DNA of 64,000 nucleotides. It comes from an uncultured Methanosarcinaceae archaeon (GTDB lineage: Archaea > Halobacteriota > Methanosarcinia > Methanosarcinales > Methanosarcinaceae). This document shows, in pieces, positions 1 to 10,882 of this stretch. The DNA is taken from contig CAVTET010000001.1 in the NCBI GenBank assembly GCA_963733675.1, positions 672,001 to 736,000 of the forward strand. The letters run 5' to 3'. A program made the translations under genes and the position numbers. The notes beneath the pieces were generated by a model, which was given only the letters and a program-made list of their open reading frames with translations, ran no database searches and had not been told where the DNA came from. Positions within the stretch are counted from its first letter, which is position 1, and each line of letters begins with the position of its first letter.

Positions 1-1
1 T

Positions 2-703
2 GTGGCAGTGATGCTGCTTGGAATTTTGGCATTCAGGATTGAGAATTTTGTAGGGATAGTAGCTCTATTCACGTTCTTCTTTGCTCTGACTTTTCTCGCA
101 CGGTTGCCGATAATGGTATTTTTGAGGGTCATCAGGCCTATGATGTTGTTTATCATATTCATATTTCTTGCACAGCTAATTTTCACTGATGGAAGAGCCT
201 TTGCCTCATTCTGGATTATGAAAGCGAGTTTTGAAGGGCTTGAAAATGGAATTAAGCTTGTTTCCAGATTCCTACTCCTATTGCTTTTTGCAGCCTTTCT
301 GACAGCAAGTACTGATCCATCTGCAGTCACCTGTGGGGTAGAAAGAATGCTCAGGCCTGTACCGCTCAGCTGGCTGGGAATAAGTTCTTACGAGCTCGCT
401 ACAATGATGAATATTTCTATAGCAATTTTCCCTATTCTCTTTGACAGATTTGAGCGAACAAAAGCTGCCCAGACCGCAAGAGGAATGGATTTTGTATTAA
501 ATCCATTCCATTCGATTCCTGCACTTGCTATTCCATTGCTAAAGGGAGTAATCAGAGATACTGAAGAACTGGCCCTTGCAATGGAAAATAGGAGTTACCA
601 AGGAACAATGCGGACTTCAATGTATGAGCTTTCAATGCAAAAAAAAGACTGGATAGCCCTTTTTATTCTTATTCTTTTTTCCATTTTCGTTCTAAATCTC
701 TGA
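2..703 (+). CDS. ecfT: ECF transporter transmembrane component T (5' truncated by window edge)
   Basis: Hydrophobic ORF with the two EcfT X-R-X motifs (AQTARG, AMENRSY). Confidence 0.85.
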   Translation: MAVMLLGILAFRIENFVGIVALFTFFFALTFLARLPIMVFLRVIRPMMLFIIFIFLAQLIFTDGRAFASFWIMKASFEGLENGIKLVSRFLLLLLFAAFLTASTDPSAVTCGVERMLRPVPLSWLGISSYELATMMNISIAIFPILFDRFERTKAAQTARGMDFVLNPFHSIPALAIPLLKGVIRDTEELALAMENRSYQGTMRTSMYELSMQKKDWIALFILILFSIFVLNL

Positions 704-1484
704 AAAACAGAGTTTTATAGAGAATTTTGATATGCACTATGTATTCGAGTATTGGAGAGTTAAATCTCTTAACAATATTTTTACTCATGAAAACTCTTCT
801 GATTTTGTTCTTAAAGAATAATATAAAATTCTCCTTAGGTTGGAAACAAAATTGCTGATAATTAATTCTTTAATTGATTGGAAACCTTTTCGTATTATTT
901 TAGAGTAAATATATTTTTACAAAACAGTTTTTGAAGAATACCTGAGGGCATAATTTCTAAAATAAACGAAGTAATAACCCAATATCACGAGTTAAAAAAT
1001 AATTTTGAAATGTAGATCTGCAATTTCAGGACTTTGGATTGACGTATTCAAGAATAAAGACAGTGACATTTTTCTCAAATTATCAATTTTTAGAACTTCT
1101 TCTTGATGATGCTGCATCTTGCCTCTTTCGCTGAGTTGTTAGCGAATGGTGCTATAGAAAATCAATTGTTGTTAGCTACTATGCTTATTTTCGGAGACAA
1201 ATTTAATCGCAAAAATTCAATATATCAAATTTCAAAAATAGACCCAGAAAAGACTTCGCTTAACTCAACTTTAGAAGCAGATGAATTCTTCGTTGGCTAA
1301 CAACTCGCTAAAACCGATATAAAGTTTAGTCTTCGAACAGTAATGGAAATGAATTTTATAATTATATGAAATTTATGATATTTTATTAGAAATATGCACA
1401 CTTAAAATTTGAAATTTGTACCTAAATTTAGATTGGCATATTCACATAAATACAAAGACTGCTTTATAAGATCACTATACATTT

Positions 1485-1889
1485 GTGGTGATCATGCTGG
1501 TTCAAAAAGAAATCGAAATTAAAAATTCAAACGAAATTTGGAGTTATTACGATTTAGATGACGGAACTATTCTGAAAATAAAAACTATTTTAATATCAGT
1601 ATATGATGCTGGAGCGGATTTACAAGGAAACCCTTCAATCAATTTACAAACAGCTAATGTTATAGGAGTCACACCACAAACAGATACATTTGAACCATTG
1701 GATGAAAAAAAAGATCTCCAATTTAAAGAAAAATATGATAATCCTTGGAACGAATATACGCTAGATAATGATTATATTTTGATGTTAAAACCCATTATCA
1801 CACAAGTAGACCGAACAGGAAAGTGTGATTTACGTGGTATTCCGTTATATATTATACAATCTCAAGTCGCAGCAAAAGTAAAAACTTGA
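1485..1889 (+). CDS. Hypothetical protein built of two tandem copies of a ~60-aa domain
   Basis: NEIWSYYDLDDGTILKIK...DLQGNP aligns with NPWNEYTLDNDYILMLK...DLRGIP; first gene of a tightly packed trio. Confidence 0.7.
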   Translation: MVIMLVQKEIEIKNSNEIWSYYDLDDGTILKIKTILISVYDAGADLQGNPSINLQTANVIGVTPQTDTFEPLDEKKDLQFKEKYDNPWNEYTLDNDYILMLKPIITQVDRTGKCDLRGIPLYIIQSQVAAKVKT

Positions 1890-1902
1890 TCTGGGTGAGA
1901 AT

Positions 1903-2535
1903 ATGAGTTGTTCTGTCGTATCCATAGAGTCTATTGGTTCAACTCAAGTTAATTATCAAATTAGTACAATAGTATCGCTTCAATCTATAAATGACGAAAA
2001 AATATTCCATAATTTTTCCCAATCCTTTCCCAATTTATATCAACAATCTTTATCTTGTATAAACGTAGATACGTTAACACTTGAAAAAACGGGAGAATGT
2101 ATTTTAGTTTCTTGGATAAAAACTGACAGTTATCTGTCAAACAGTGTTTTACATACAAAATACACTGATTCGATGAAAACAGATTTAGTTAATATTAACA
2201 TTGTTGATGTAGTGGGGAGTGAGTTTTGTGTTGTTACGGGGGACGGAAAAAAATTATATAATATAATTTTCCATAACATAATAAAAAAGAAACGAGTGAT
2301 TATCTCTTTTAACGGAGTGGAGTTTTTAACACCTGCTTTCTTAAATGTATTAATTTGTCAATTATATGGGCAGTTTGAAGAAGATATTATAAATCAGTAC
2401 TTAGTTGTCTCTAATATGACAGAAGAAGATAAGAAAATTCTTTCCATACTTGTAACAAAAGCCAAACTTTATTTTAAAAATTCATCAATATACGACAAAC
2501 TACACAATGTTTCTTTTGGTGAAGGTTATGAATAG
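1903..2535 (+). CDS. STAS-like (DUF4325-type) domain protein
   Basis: C-terminal half (DGKKLYNII...VIISFNGVEFLTPAFLNVLICQLYGQF) matches the DUF4325 pattern; GGGTGA SD upstream. Confidence 0.7.
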   Translation: MSCSVVSIESIGSTQVNYQISTIVSLQSINDEKIFHNFSQSFPNLYQQSLSCINVDTLTLEKTGECILVSWIKTDSYLSNSVLHTKYTDSMKTDLVNINIVDVVGSEFCVVTGDGKKLYNIIFHNIIKKKRVIISFNGVEFLTPAFLNVLICQLYGQFEEDIINQYLVVSNMTEEDKKILSILVTKAKLYFKNSSIYDKLHNVSFGEGYE

Positions 2536-3106
2536 CGCTAATAACGAGAACATGTGTAAGGATGTACGTCGCTGTGATTATCTGGAAGGCGAAGGTTATC
2601 TATTTGATACAAATATTTGGATACATACTATTTACATGCCATATATTTATAACTCAACTGAATATATGGATGTTTATGGCAGAATGCTAATAAATATGAT
2701 AAGCCGGAAGTGCAATATATATACTAACACTATGATACTCTCTGAATTTGCTAATAAAATTTTAAGACATGAATTCAACATATCTAAAGAAAAATTAGGC
2801 TTGAAGGCTACTCAATATAAGATTTTTCGCGAAACAGAGAATTATAAAGAAACCACTTCATTGGTTGCAAACTGTATACGAAAAATAGCTAAATTCACTA
2901 AAATATGTGATCTTAATAGAGATGATAATGATTTGCTATATGAATTAGCAGATGACTTTGCATCAGAAAACTACGATTTTAATGATATGGTTTTCGCAAA
3001 AATTTGTAAAGAAAACAAATTAACTTTTGTTACTCACGATGAAGATTTTAAGAATTATGGAATTAAAGTTATTACTGCAAATAAAAGTTTACTGAAATCT
3101 AGTTAA
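2528..3106 (+). CDS. PIN-domain ribonuclease
   Basis: Acidic PIN residues in FDTNIWI, ILSEF, DFND, VTHDEDF; ATG at 2528 overlaps the upstream stop. Confidence 0.85.
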   Translation: MNSANNENMCKDVRRCDYLEGEGYLFDTNIWIHTIYMPYIYNSTEYMDVYGRMLINMISRKCNIYTNTMILSEFANKILRHEFNISKEKLGLKATQYKIFRETENYKETTSLVANCIRKIAKFTKICDLNRDDNDLLYELADDFASENYDFNDMVFAKICKENKLTFVTHDEDFKNYGIKVITANKSLLKSS

Positions 3107-3512
3107 TATGTTATTTGATAGATTAATTCTTTTAAAATAATTATTATTCTTTGTTTGTCTTATGATTAAAAGCTCTTGTCGCGTATGAAGTAGTAATTTT
3201 CAAGTGCTTTCGTAATACAATTTGTATAATCTTTAAATTGATTTCTCACAATTGCTCCAAGCATAGAATCATGCAAGCGCCGTTTTATGGACATGTTTGG
3301 AATATTTCACCGGAAGGTAATTTTTGATCAGAGAGCATTTTTTTTACAAATAATTTTAATAATTATAAGTATAATTTCTTATCTATATATAAATTGGGGG
3401 TATTTTTTGTATATGCATGCTAATGTACATAATATCATCCAAGGTTCACCTTGTTATCTAGAAACAGAAGCTTTTATAGATCAAAAAACTTTTTTAATCA
3501 CACAAGATAGAT

Positions 3513-3662
3513 GGTTCCGTTGCAAAAAATCTGGCTTTCTTGCAAAATCAGAAAAAACCTTCACAATTAGGAAAGTTAATCATTTTCATTAGAAAGAAAA
3601 TGATACATAAAGGTGAAAATTATAGTGTCAAAATGCAGAAATATTATTTTTGCAACGGAACC
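3513..3662. mobile_element. 150-bp MITE with IS6-type terminal inverted repeats
   Basis: GGTTCCGTTGCAAAAA at 3513 and its reverse complement ending at 3662, identical to the IS6 ends in this window; no transposase inside. Confidence 0.85.
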
Positions 3663-3836
3663 ACAAATATTTAATTGACTTCAATAAATCAAAAATCCCG
3701 AAAAGAATAACAATTCTCATAATTAAAGAAAAAAGAAAGAAAAATTTGAAAATGAAATTTAGGATGAAAAGGTTGAACCTTCATCCTAACTTTCCTATGC
3801 CTCAAAATTTTTCGCTATATTTTCTTATTTTATGCT

Positions 3837-6722
3837 TTATTTTCTTTTGTACAAGAATACAGCTAACAAGACAGTTATACCGGAAATAATTTCAAATCCA
3901 GGTATACCAGTAGTATCTGCACCTTTTTTTCCACCATTTGTTTGTGTATCTACAGTGGTATTTTGCTTTGTTGTCATCTTACCAGTTATTACAAAGGGTG
4001 AAAATCCCGGTGTTTGCGCTGTGAAATAAAGATACTTGCCATCTTCTCCTGATTTGCTTGTTGGCAATGAATTCCATTCCTTGTCAAAGTACCTATTAAG
4101 TGTGATGGAAGACTGATCTATTTTATTATCCTGTATCCAGAATTTTTCAACCTTGAAACATAATACTGCATTTTCTAGGTTCTTTGGAGTTGCAAACCCA
4201 CTGTTTCCAACCCAAATATTTAAGTGCTTGTATATAGCGTTAGAAGGTAGACTTGAAGCTAATATAGATTTTTCTTTCAGCATCTCGACTATGGTAGTCG
4301 TCTTACCAATAGTCTTCTTTGAATCGAAGCTCACATATACAACAGAAGTAGCGTTCTGTGGGAAATCAAATTTCACAGATTTTCCATTTGTAATGAAAGC
4401 CTGTGAAATTTCTTTACTTACTACATTACTTTGAGGCTCATTGGAACTACCTGTACCTGCACTTTCACTGCTGCTTCCGCTACTGAAGCTGCTGCTGCTG
4501 CCATCACTATCACTAGAACTACTACTTTGCACATTTGTAGGATTGGTGTTGTAATCTAGAACAGTTATTGTGGTAGCCTTTGAAATCGTGTTATTTTTAT
4601 CGCTAACTATAAAGTTAACGGTATAGTTTCCTGCTTTGTAATAAGTGTGCTTTGGATTCTGCTCGGTTGAATTAGTTCCGTCTCCAAAATCCCAAATTTT
4701 CGATATTGCATTTTGTGAAAGATCTGTAAGCTGGACATCAAGTGGAGCAGAACCCTGTGTAGTACTGGCTCTGAAGTCTGCAACAGGAAGTACTACACTT
4801 ACGAGTGGTAATTTATCAATGACATTTACTTCTTTATCATATATGGCATCAGCAATTCCACCGCCTTCAGAATCGTGTGCAGTTTGGGAAAATCCGTCAC
4901 CAGTAATATGTGCCCAGAAGTTACCGCCAATATATGGCCCACCTACAATGTTTTTGCCTTTAGCCTTTCCTATGTTCCAGGTAGATCTTGCATTTTTAGC
5001 ATCGATGTTCTCAGTATTGTTGAAGTAGTTATTATAAATTAGGTTATTGATACTTTTAGGACATAGGAAAATACCCTTTTCGTTCCAGATGATATGGTTG
5101 CCTGTAATATTGTTGCTTACAGCAGAGTTCAGGTCAATACCATCGAGGGCATTATAAGATACCGTATTATTGGAAAGAGAGTTATTGTCTGCAGAGTAGA
5201 ATCTAATACCCATATTATTATATGTAGCGAAATTGCTGGAGAGTATGTTCTTATTTGAGCTTTCCACGTGAATTCCGATGTTATTGCCTCGCGCTGTATT
5301 GCTGTCAATGTAACTATTATTTGAATTCACTAAGTAAATCCCATCTCCACTGTTTGAAATTACACTGTTGTTGACGAGTTTATTATAATTGCTAGTATTC
5401 GCAAGACGAATACCGTTTCCAGTGCTAAAATCCACAATGTTGTTTGAAAGCGTATTATTGTAGCATCCTGAGCCTAGTAAATAAATACCTCTACTATTTC
5501 CTGTTGCGTGATTATTAGATATCACATTATTATTTGTTTCCAAATAGATACCATAAAATGTGTTTGAATTTGCTATATTGTTATCCACAAGATTATTTTT
5601 GCCACAATAATTAGTCAGATGAATACCAACGTCACACAAATTTGCATTATTACCTGAAATCATATTCCCACTATCTTCATGTGTTAAGTAAATGCCTTCT
5701 TTATTTCCATCCGCATTATTGTTAATAATCTTGTTTTTATGGGAATACCTCATAGCTATTCCGTAAAGGTTGCTTGAAACTTTATTATTTTTCACAACGT
5801 TGTTTTCGCAAGTATTAAAGAAAATACCGTGGTCTGCAGAACTAGCATTATTATTTGAAATTGTGTTCGATTTTGAATTATAAAGGTTTATGCCATTTGT
5901 GTTAGTTCCGTTGACTGCACTACCTAACATTTTCACAACGTTATTTGTTAAGTTGTTTTCATCTGAAAATGACAGATAGATCCCATCATTTTTGTTTGAG
6001 TTCAAAGTGTTTCCTGTTAGGGTAACACCTTTTGCTGATTCCATTAATATACCAGAGTTAGTATTCTGACTTATGGAGTTCGCTGATATGGTACTTTCTT
6101 TAGAATTAGAACCTACAATATGAATCCCATTATTTTGGTTTGAGATCGAATTTCCAGAAACCATGGTATTGCCAGATTGTTCAATATCTATTCCAGTGCC
6201 AGTCCCAAAAATACTAGTTCTGTTGAAGTTGTTGTTGCGAATCACACTATCAGTAAAACTAGTTAGTTTCACACCAAGTCCATCGTTCAAAAATACATTA
6301 TTTTCAACTGTACACTGTTTACCTTGAGACAGGTAAACTCCTGCCATATCATTTCTGGCTCCAGTAATCGTAAACCCTTTGACTGTTACATGAGTTTTGT
6401 ATTTAATAGAAATCACACCTTTAACTGTAGAACCTGCTGTATTGTCGGCAACAATTATGGTATCTCCAGGGTTACTAGATGATGCCATCAGTACCAGATT
6501 ATTGAGATTATTTGCATAATCTCTGCTTATGTCTATATTCCCAGTATAGGTTCCGGGTTCTACAATGATTGTATCGTCTGATTTTGCACTGTTTACTGCA
6601 GCCTGTATAGAACCTCCTTGTTGGACGTGGATCTCAGCTGCTGTCCCTACACAGGAGCTTAGTGTAAATATTAAATAAGCCAGTAATAAAATTTTGATGA
6701 TATTTATGACTAATTCCTCCAT
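3837..6722 (-). CDS. Cell-surface protein: NosD/parallel beta-helix repeats, PKD domain, PGF-pre-PGF domain, PGF-CTERM anchor
   Basis: Signal peptide, Asn-rich GIxL repeats, WDFGDG PKD motif, Ser-rich linker, TPGFSPF and IPGF-TM-KRK tail. Confidence 0.9.
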   Translation of the reverse strand: MEELVINIIKILLLAYLIFTLSSCVGTAAEIHVQQGGSIQAAVNSAKSDDTIIVEPGTYTGNIDISRDYANNLNNLVLMASSSNPGDTIIVADNTAGSTVKGVISIKYKTHVTVKGFTITGARNDMAGVYLSQGKQCTVENNVFLNDGLGVKLTSFTDSVIRNNNFNRTSIFGTGTGIDIEQSGNTMVSGNSISNQNNGIHIVGSNSKESTISANSISQNTNSGILMESAKGVTLTGNTLNSNKNDGIYLSFSDENNLTNNVVKMLGSAVNGTNTNGINLYNSKSNTISNNNASSADHGIFFNTCENNVVKNNKVSSNLYGIAMRYSHKNKIINNNADGNKEGIYLTHEDSGNMISGNNANLCDVGIHLTNYCGKNNLVDNNIANSNTFYGIYLETNNNVISNNHATGNSRGIYLLGSGCYNNTLSNNIVDFSTGNGIRLANTSNYNKLVNNSVISNSGDGIYLVNSNNSYIDSNTARGNNIGIHVESSNKNILSSNFATYNNMGIRFYSADNNSLSNNTVSYNALDGIDLNSAVSNNITGNHIIWNEKGIFLCPKSINNLIYNNYFNNTENIDAKNARSTWNIGKAKGKNIVGGPYIGGNFWAHITGDGFSQTAHDSEGGGIADAIYDKEVNVIDKLPLVSVVLPVADFRASTTQGSAPLDVQLTDLSQNAISKIWDFGDGTNSTEQNPKHTYYKAGNYTVNFIVSDKNNTISKATTITVLDYNTNPTNVQSSSSSDSDGSSSSFSSGSSSESAGTGSSNEPQSNVVSKEISQAFITNGKSVKFDFPQNATSVVYVSFDSKKTIGKTTTIVEMLKEKSILASSLPSNAIYKHLNIWVGNSGFATPKNLENAVLCFKVEKFWIQDNKIDQSSITLNRYFDKEWNSLPTSKSGEDGKYLYFTAQTPGFSPFVITGKMTTKQNTTVDTQTNGGKKGADTTGIPGFEIISGITVLLAVFLYKRK

Positions 6723-7350
6723 GAAAGTAGAAGAAATCGAGAATGATACTTTCTCTAATTACTTAGGAATTGATTGCAAGTAGAATATAAACATATTGGT
6801 ATATATTTAATATATTTCTACATTTATTCATTTTACGAAAAACGCCACAATTGTATCACATGATTGATTCTGTATCTTTTTCTCCACAATGAAAAACAGA
6901 AATTTCTCAATATTTTAGCAGACAGAGTTAAACAGTTAGGGAAAAATAAGCTTTAAAGCACCGGATTGATCATCTCAATAACTATACAAACAATATTTGT
7001 TTGTTGTTAACTTCATGTTGATAGGTGTCGTATTTATATGAAATTTGAAAGAGTTGACCGCCTAATTTCCAGGGCAATAATGACATCCCTTAAGGTAATT
7101 GATATTGATCTATTTCTTTTTGAGTCTTCTGCAGCACTTATTATTTTGTCCTTTGTTGAAATTAATGAGAAGTCAATTTTAATACTGTATATCTAAATTA
7201 TCGTAAGTTCGCTTACATACGATATTCAAATTTCATAGGCCAAAAACTCTGTCAACATTTGTGAAATAGTAGCCCTCTTAGTATTAATAGTCTCCATAGG
7301 TTTCTCAGTGAGTTTTTTAGATAATTATTCTTTATAAAATAATGATTTTC

Positions 7351-8205
7351 GGTTCCGTTGCAAAAAATTCAAAAAAAATATATAAATCTATAGGTAATGA
7401 ATAAAAATCAGAATATTCAAAGAAAATGCACTAACATTATAAAACTATACCAAACAATTGATTAATGTATTTGACTTCATTAAGAACAGAGTAATTTAAA
7501 TCATTTACTTGTCCTTTTTTGATCATATTCATAGCTTCAATTCCTTTTAAAGTCTTATTAGCAGATTGAAAAGACTGAAATCCTAACATTGGATTAACGA
7601 TTCGCTTTATAAATCTATGATCTTGTTCTATAATGTTATTCAAATACTTGATTTGTCTAATGCCTACGTTTTTAGGTAGTATTTTATCATTTTTCAGTTT
7701 ACCTATAGCAGGTGGATAAGCTGGATTCTTATCAACTGTTATTACTCTTGGAATTTGATTATGATTAGAACTCAAAGCTTTCTTAAAAAATCTCTTCGCT
7801 GCATTTCGATTTCGTTTTGCACTTAACATGAAATCAATTGTATCTCCATTTGAGTCAACTGCTCGGTAAAAATATTTCCATTTACTTTTTATTTTGATAT
7901 AGGTTTCATCAACTTTCCACGAATAGTTTGTTAGTCTTAAATGTCTTCTTATCTTCTTTTCTAGTTCAGGGGAATATTGATGTACCCATCTCATTATAGT
8001 ACTGTGATCAACTTGAATTCCTCTTTCTATCATCATTTCCTTTAAATTTCTATAGCTCAATGGATATTTTAAGTACCATCTTACATTCAATAGGATAATT
8101 TCTCCTTCATAATGCTTCCATTTAAAGGAATTAGATAGCATATTACTATCTTTGGTTTTCTTTTTATTCTATTGTATCATTAGAAAGGATTTTTGCAACG
8201 GAACC
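7351..8205 (-). mobile_element. IS6 family insertion sequence, copy 1 (855 bp)
   Basis: TIRs GGTTCCGTTGCAAAAA at both ends around a DDE transposase; no target-site duplication visible. Confidence 0.95.
7437..8141 (-). CDS. IS6 family transposase
   Basis: 234 aa with WKVDETYIKI, VDKNPAY, NNIIEQDHR motifs. Confidence 0.95.
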   Translation of the reverse strand: MLSNSFKWKHYEGEIILLNVRWYLKYPLSYRNLKEMMIERGIQVDHSTIMRWVHQYSPELEKKIRRHLRLTNYSWKVDETYIKIKSKWKYFYRAVDSNGDTIDFMLSAKRNRNAAKRFFKKALSSNHNQIPRVITVDKNPAYPPAIGKLKNDKILPKNVGIRQIKYLNNIIEQDHRFIKRIVNPMLGFQSFQSANKTLKGIEAMNMIKKGQVNDLNYSVLNEVKYINQLFGIVL

Positions 8206-8588
8206 GTTGTCGTTGATGGAGCCAATCGTCACGATAAAAAGCTTGTAAAAAAGACTTTAGACGCCATATTCTTTGAAAGACCTTCTGCATAAGACATAAT
8301 TCAGAATATATGCATGGATAAGGGTTATGATTTCACCGATATCAGAAAATTGGTTGAAGAATATAGTTTATACTGTGCATATCAAAAGTAGTGGGGAAGA
8401 AAACATAAGAAGAGACATACCTGGTTTTAGGGCAAGAAGATGGGTTGTAGAAAGGACACATTCTTGGCTGAATAGATTCAGAAGACTCCTTATAAGATGG
8501 GAAAAGAAAATTGAAAATTACCTTGCTATCCTACATTTAGCGTACGCATTAATAACATTCAGATCAGCAGGACTTTTCGGATAGCCTC
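8206..8588 (+). pseudogene. IS5 family transposase 3' remnant with right end
   Basis: VVVDGANRHD...DKGYD...RRWVVERTHSWLNRFRRL with a stop and frameshift; cut at the IS6 end; finishes TTCGGATAGCCTC. Confidence 0.85.
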
Positions 8589-8677
8589 TTAATATTGCGA
8601 TTATTCAGAACCGGTTATTAATTAAGGCTACAGGTTAATGAAGTGCTTGAAAAACAAATGTCATCCTTTAAGATATT

Positions 8678-9028
8678 TTAATCAAGGTACCCTTTTCTTT
8701 CAAGCCATTCAATCTGAGGTCTTGTGTATTTCCAGGTAACGTCGGCTTTTGAGTTCTGAACTTCCCAAGGATTGGCTATGACAACATCGCCTTCACGAAT
8801 CCACATTCTTTTTTTCTTAGAACCCGGGATCCTACCCATTCGGATAATTCCGTCCATGCATTGCAATGTGACTCTTTTTGATCCAAGTAAACATGCTACT
8901 GTTGCAAGGACTTCGTTTCTGTCTTTACGGGGAGTTCGCACCCTTGTCATTTCCGGGGTGTCTCCTGAGTTTACCGGCTTATTGAATCCTGCTTGTCTTT
9001 TTCTAATAGTACTTCTGTAATTAGCCAA
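8678..9028 (-). CDS. eif1A: Translation initiation factor aIF-1A
   Basis: [33 protein letters not shown]; GGAGG SD before the TTG start. Confidence 0.93.
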   Translation of the reverse strand: MANYRSTIRKRQAGFNKPVNSGDTPEMTRVRTPRKDRNEVLATVACLLGSKRVTLQCMDGIIRMGRIPGSKKKRMWIREGDVVIANPWEVQNSKADVTWKYTRPQIEWLERKGYLD

Positions 9029-9318
9029 ATTAATTCCTCCTATAATGATTTTTATATCAATAATTTCAAAGTTTATTTGTTTTTATTGATTTTGATTCTC
9101 AATTCCAATTGATTTACTTCTCCATTGGACTCATCAAAGATATTTGCCCCTCTATAACAGTCATAACTTAATTATAAAGTTATACATTTAGCAGAAACAA
9201 ATCTTGAAAAATGGAAAGAATAACAGATAAATAGTAATGAAAATGAATTAAGTGTTAATCAAAACTAAATTAAGGAATTAACACTCAACACAACTTAAAC
9301 ACTCAAATCAAATTATCC

Positions 9319-9528
9319 TTAGAATTTTCTGTGGTTAGGAAGACATTCTCTACAGTAAACAGGCCGCCCTTCATTTGGTTTGAACGGAACTTCGGTCTCA
9401 ACGCCACAATCAGAACATATCACCTTGGTCATTTCTCTAGGACCACTGCTGCCCCCTCTAAAACCACCACCATGACTGCCGCCTCTGCTGCCACCACGGA
9501 ATGAATTCCCTCTGTCATTAAAAGCCAT
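9319..9528 (-). CDS. Small CxxC-x17-CxxC zinc-ribbon protein with Gly/Arg-rich N-terminus
   Basis: CSDC..VPFKP..GRPVYCREC; GGAGGTG SD. Confidence 0.9.
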   Translation of the reverse strand: MAFNDRGNSFRGGSRGGSHGGGFRGGSSGPREMTKVICSDCGVETEVPFKPNEGRPVYCRECLPNHRKF

Positions 9529-10698
9529 TTTGTTTCACCTCCGCTTTAGCGGGTAATGATATAATAAAAATAAGATTGTATAAGATCATTATAAAAACAA
9601 AAAATTGGTTTTTAATAACAGATTATACGTCTCTTTATTTTCAACTACTCTTACTTCGTATTTTAATTATATAAATCTTCCCACAGAAACAGTTTTGCAC
9701 CTAATGTACCATTTTTGCCCTGTCAGATATTGGACTTTAGGTGCAAGTTTAAAAATAGTGTAGTTTTTGAGTTTTACCCAGTTCTAAATTAGAATGATTT
9801 ATGACAAAATATATTGGAAATGTGCGAAATATGTATGGGCAAAAAAGTTCGAGATGGAGTTTACTTCCATCTCAACAGCAGATAGATGTTTATCTTTCCA
9901 CCATGTGCGCAAATCGGCAATGTTTCCGTGTCATTTTTCGTAGACTAGTACTCAGATCTTCAGCGCACAATGAGAGGATACAAAGTAGCTTAGCTATGGT
10001 GAAAACTTCTTCCACGTTTCGAATTCATCTCCTTAATTGCCTGCTCAGAGAGCCCTAAAAGTTAAGCTATGTCTTAGTTGTAAATACAAATTGAACATAT
10101 ATATCAAATTAAAATAATAACAAATTAAGAATAAAATAGTTGAAATAAATTAAAAATAATAATTAAAATCGTCCCTCGATTGATCATTGGTAATCTGGGA
10201 TATTCTTCATGGCACAGTTTTTCTGAATGGACCGAGTAATACTCTATATTACCATATTCCACGTGGCTAGCCGAAATTTTTAGGTTTCATACATGAATCT
10301 TACTAATCTATTTATATGATCCATCTGTAATCATTCTTAGCCTGCAACCTTATGTATTATCTTCCAGGCTTTAGCTAACTCAAATCCAAAACTCTTTGTG
10401 TTTGAGTTCTTAATGTATTGCAAGCAGCGTTTAATTACAAAGAGATTTCAATATTGTTATTCCCTCAAGACTTAAAAACATATTTTTAGCTAGTTCAACA
10501 TTTTTCGCTGGTTGACGTTTGGATTTCTTTAACTTAATCACATAATCTTTCCTTCAAGTGATCTTCTTCTCCTTGAGTAAGTGATAAATTTGAAATGTGC
10601 TTATAAGATCCGTAAAAAGATTATATTCAAAATAATATATTAATTCTGTTAGAGACATACTAAATTAAATGCAAATATTAAATAAATAATATGATAAA

Positions 10699-10787
10699 GA
10701 GAATTTCGATAAACCCCAATTTTTGTCTGGTCGTTTATGAAGTTTATATAGGATCTTTTTCGAAATTGGAAGTCTATCGAAATTCTC
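10699..10787. repeat. ~89-bp inverted-repeat (MITE-like) element, family A
   Basis: GAGAATTTCGATAAACCCC ... GGAAGTCTATCGAAATTCTC. Confidence 0.7.
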
Positions 10788-10882
10788 AAATGAAAATAGA
10801 AAACCAGCAGCATTAAAAAGATTACAAAATAAGAATAAAGTAAGAATGTAAAAAGCTGGTTGAAAAAAGGAAATTGAGAAAA

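Noticed and set aside
4440-4530. CTG/CTA-rich low-complexity tract
   Set aside because: Encodes the Ser-rich linker of the surface protein.
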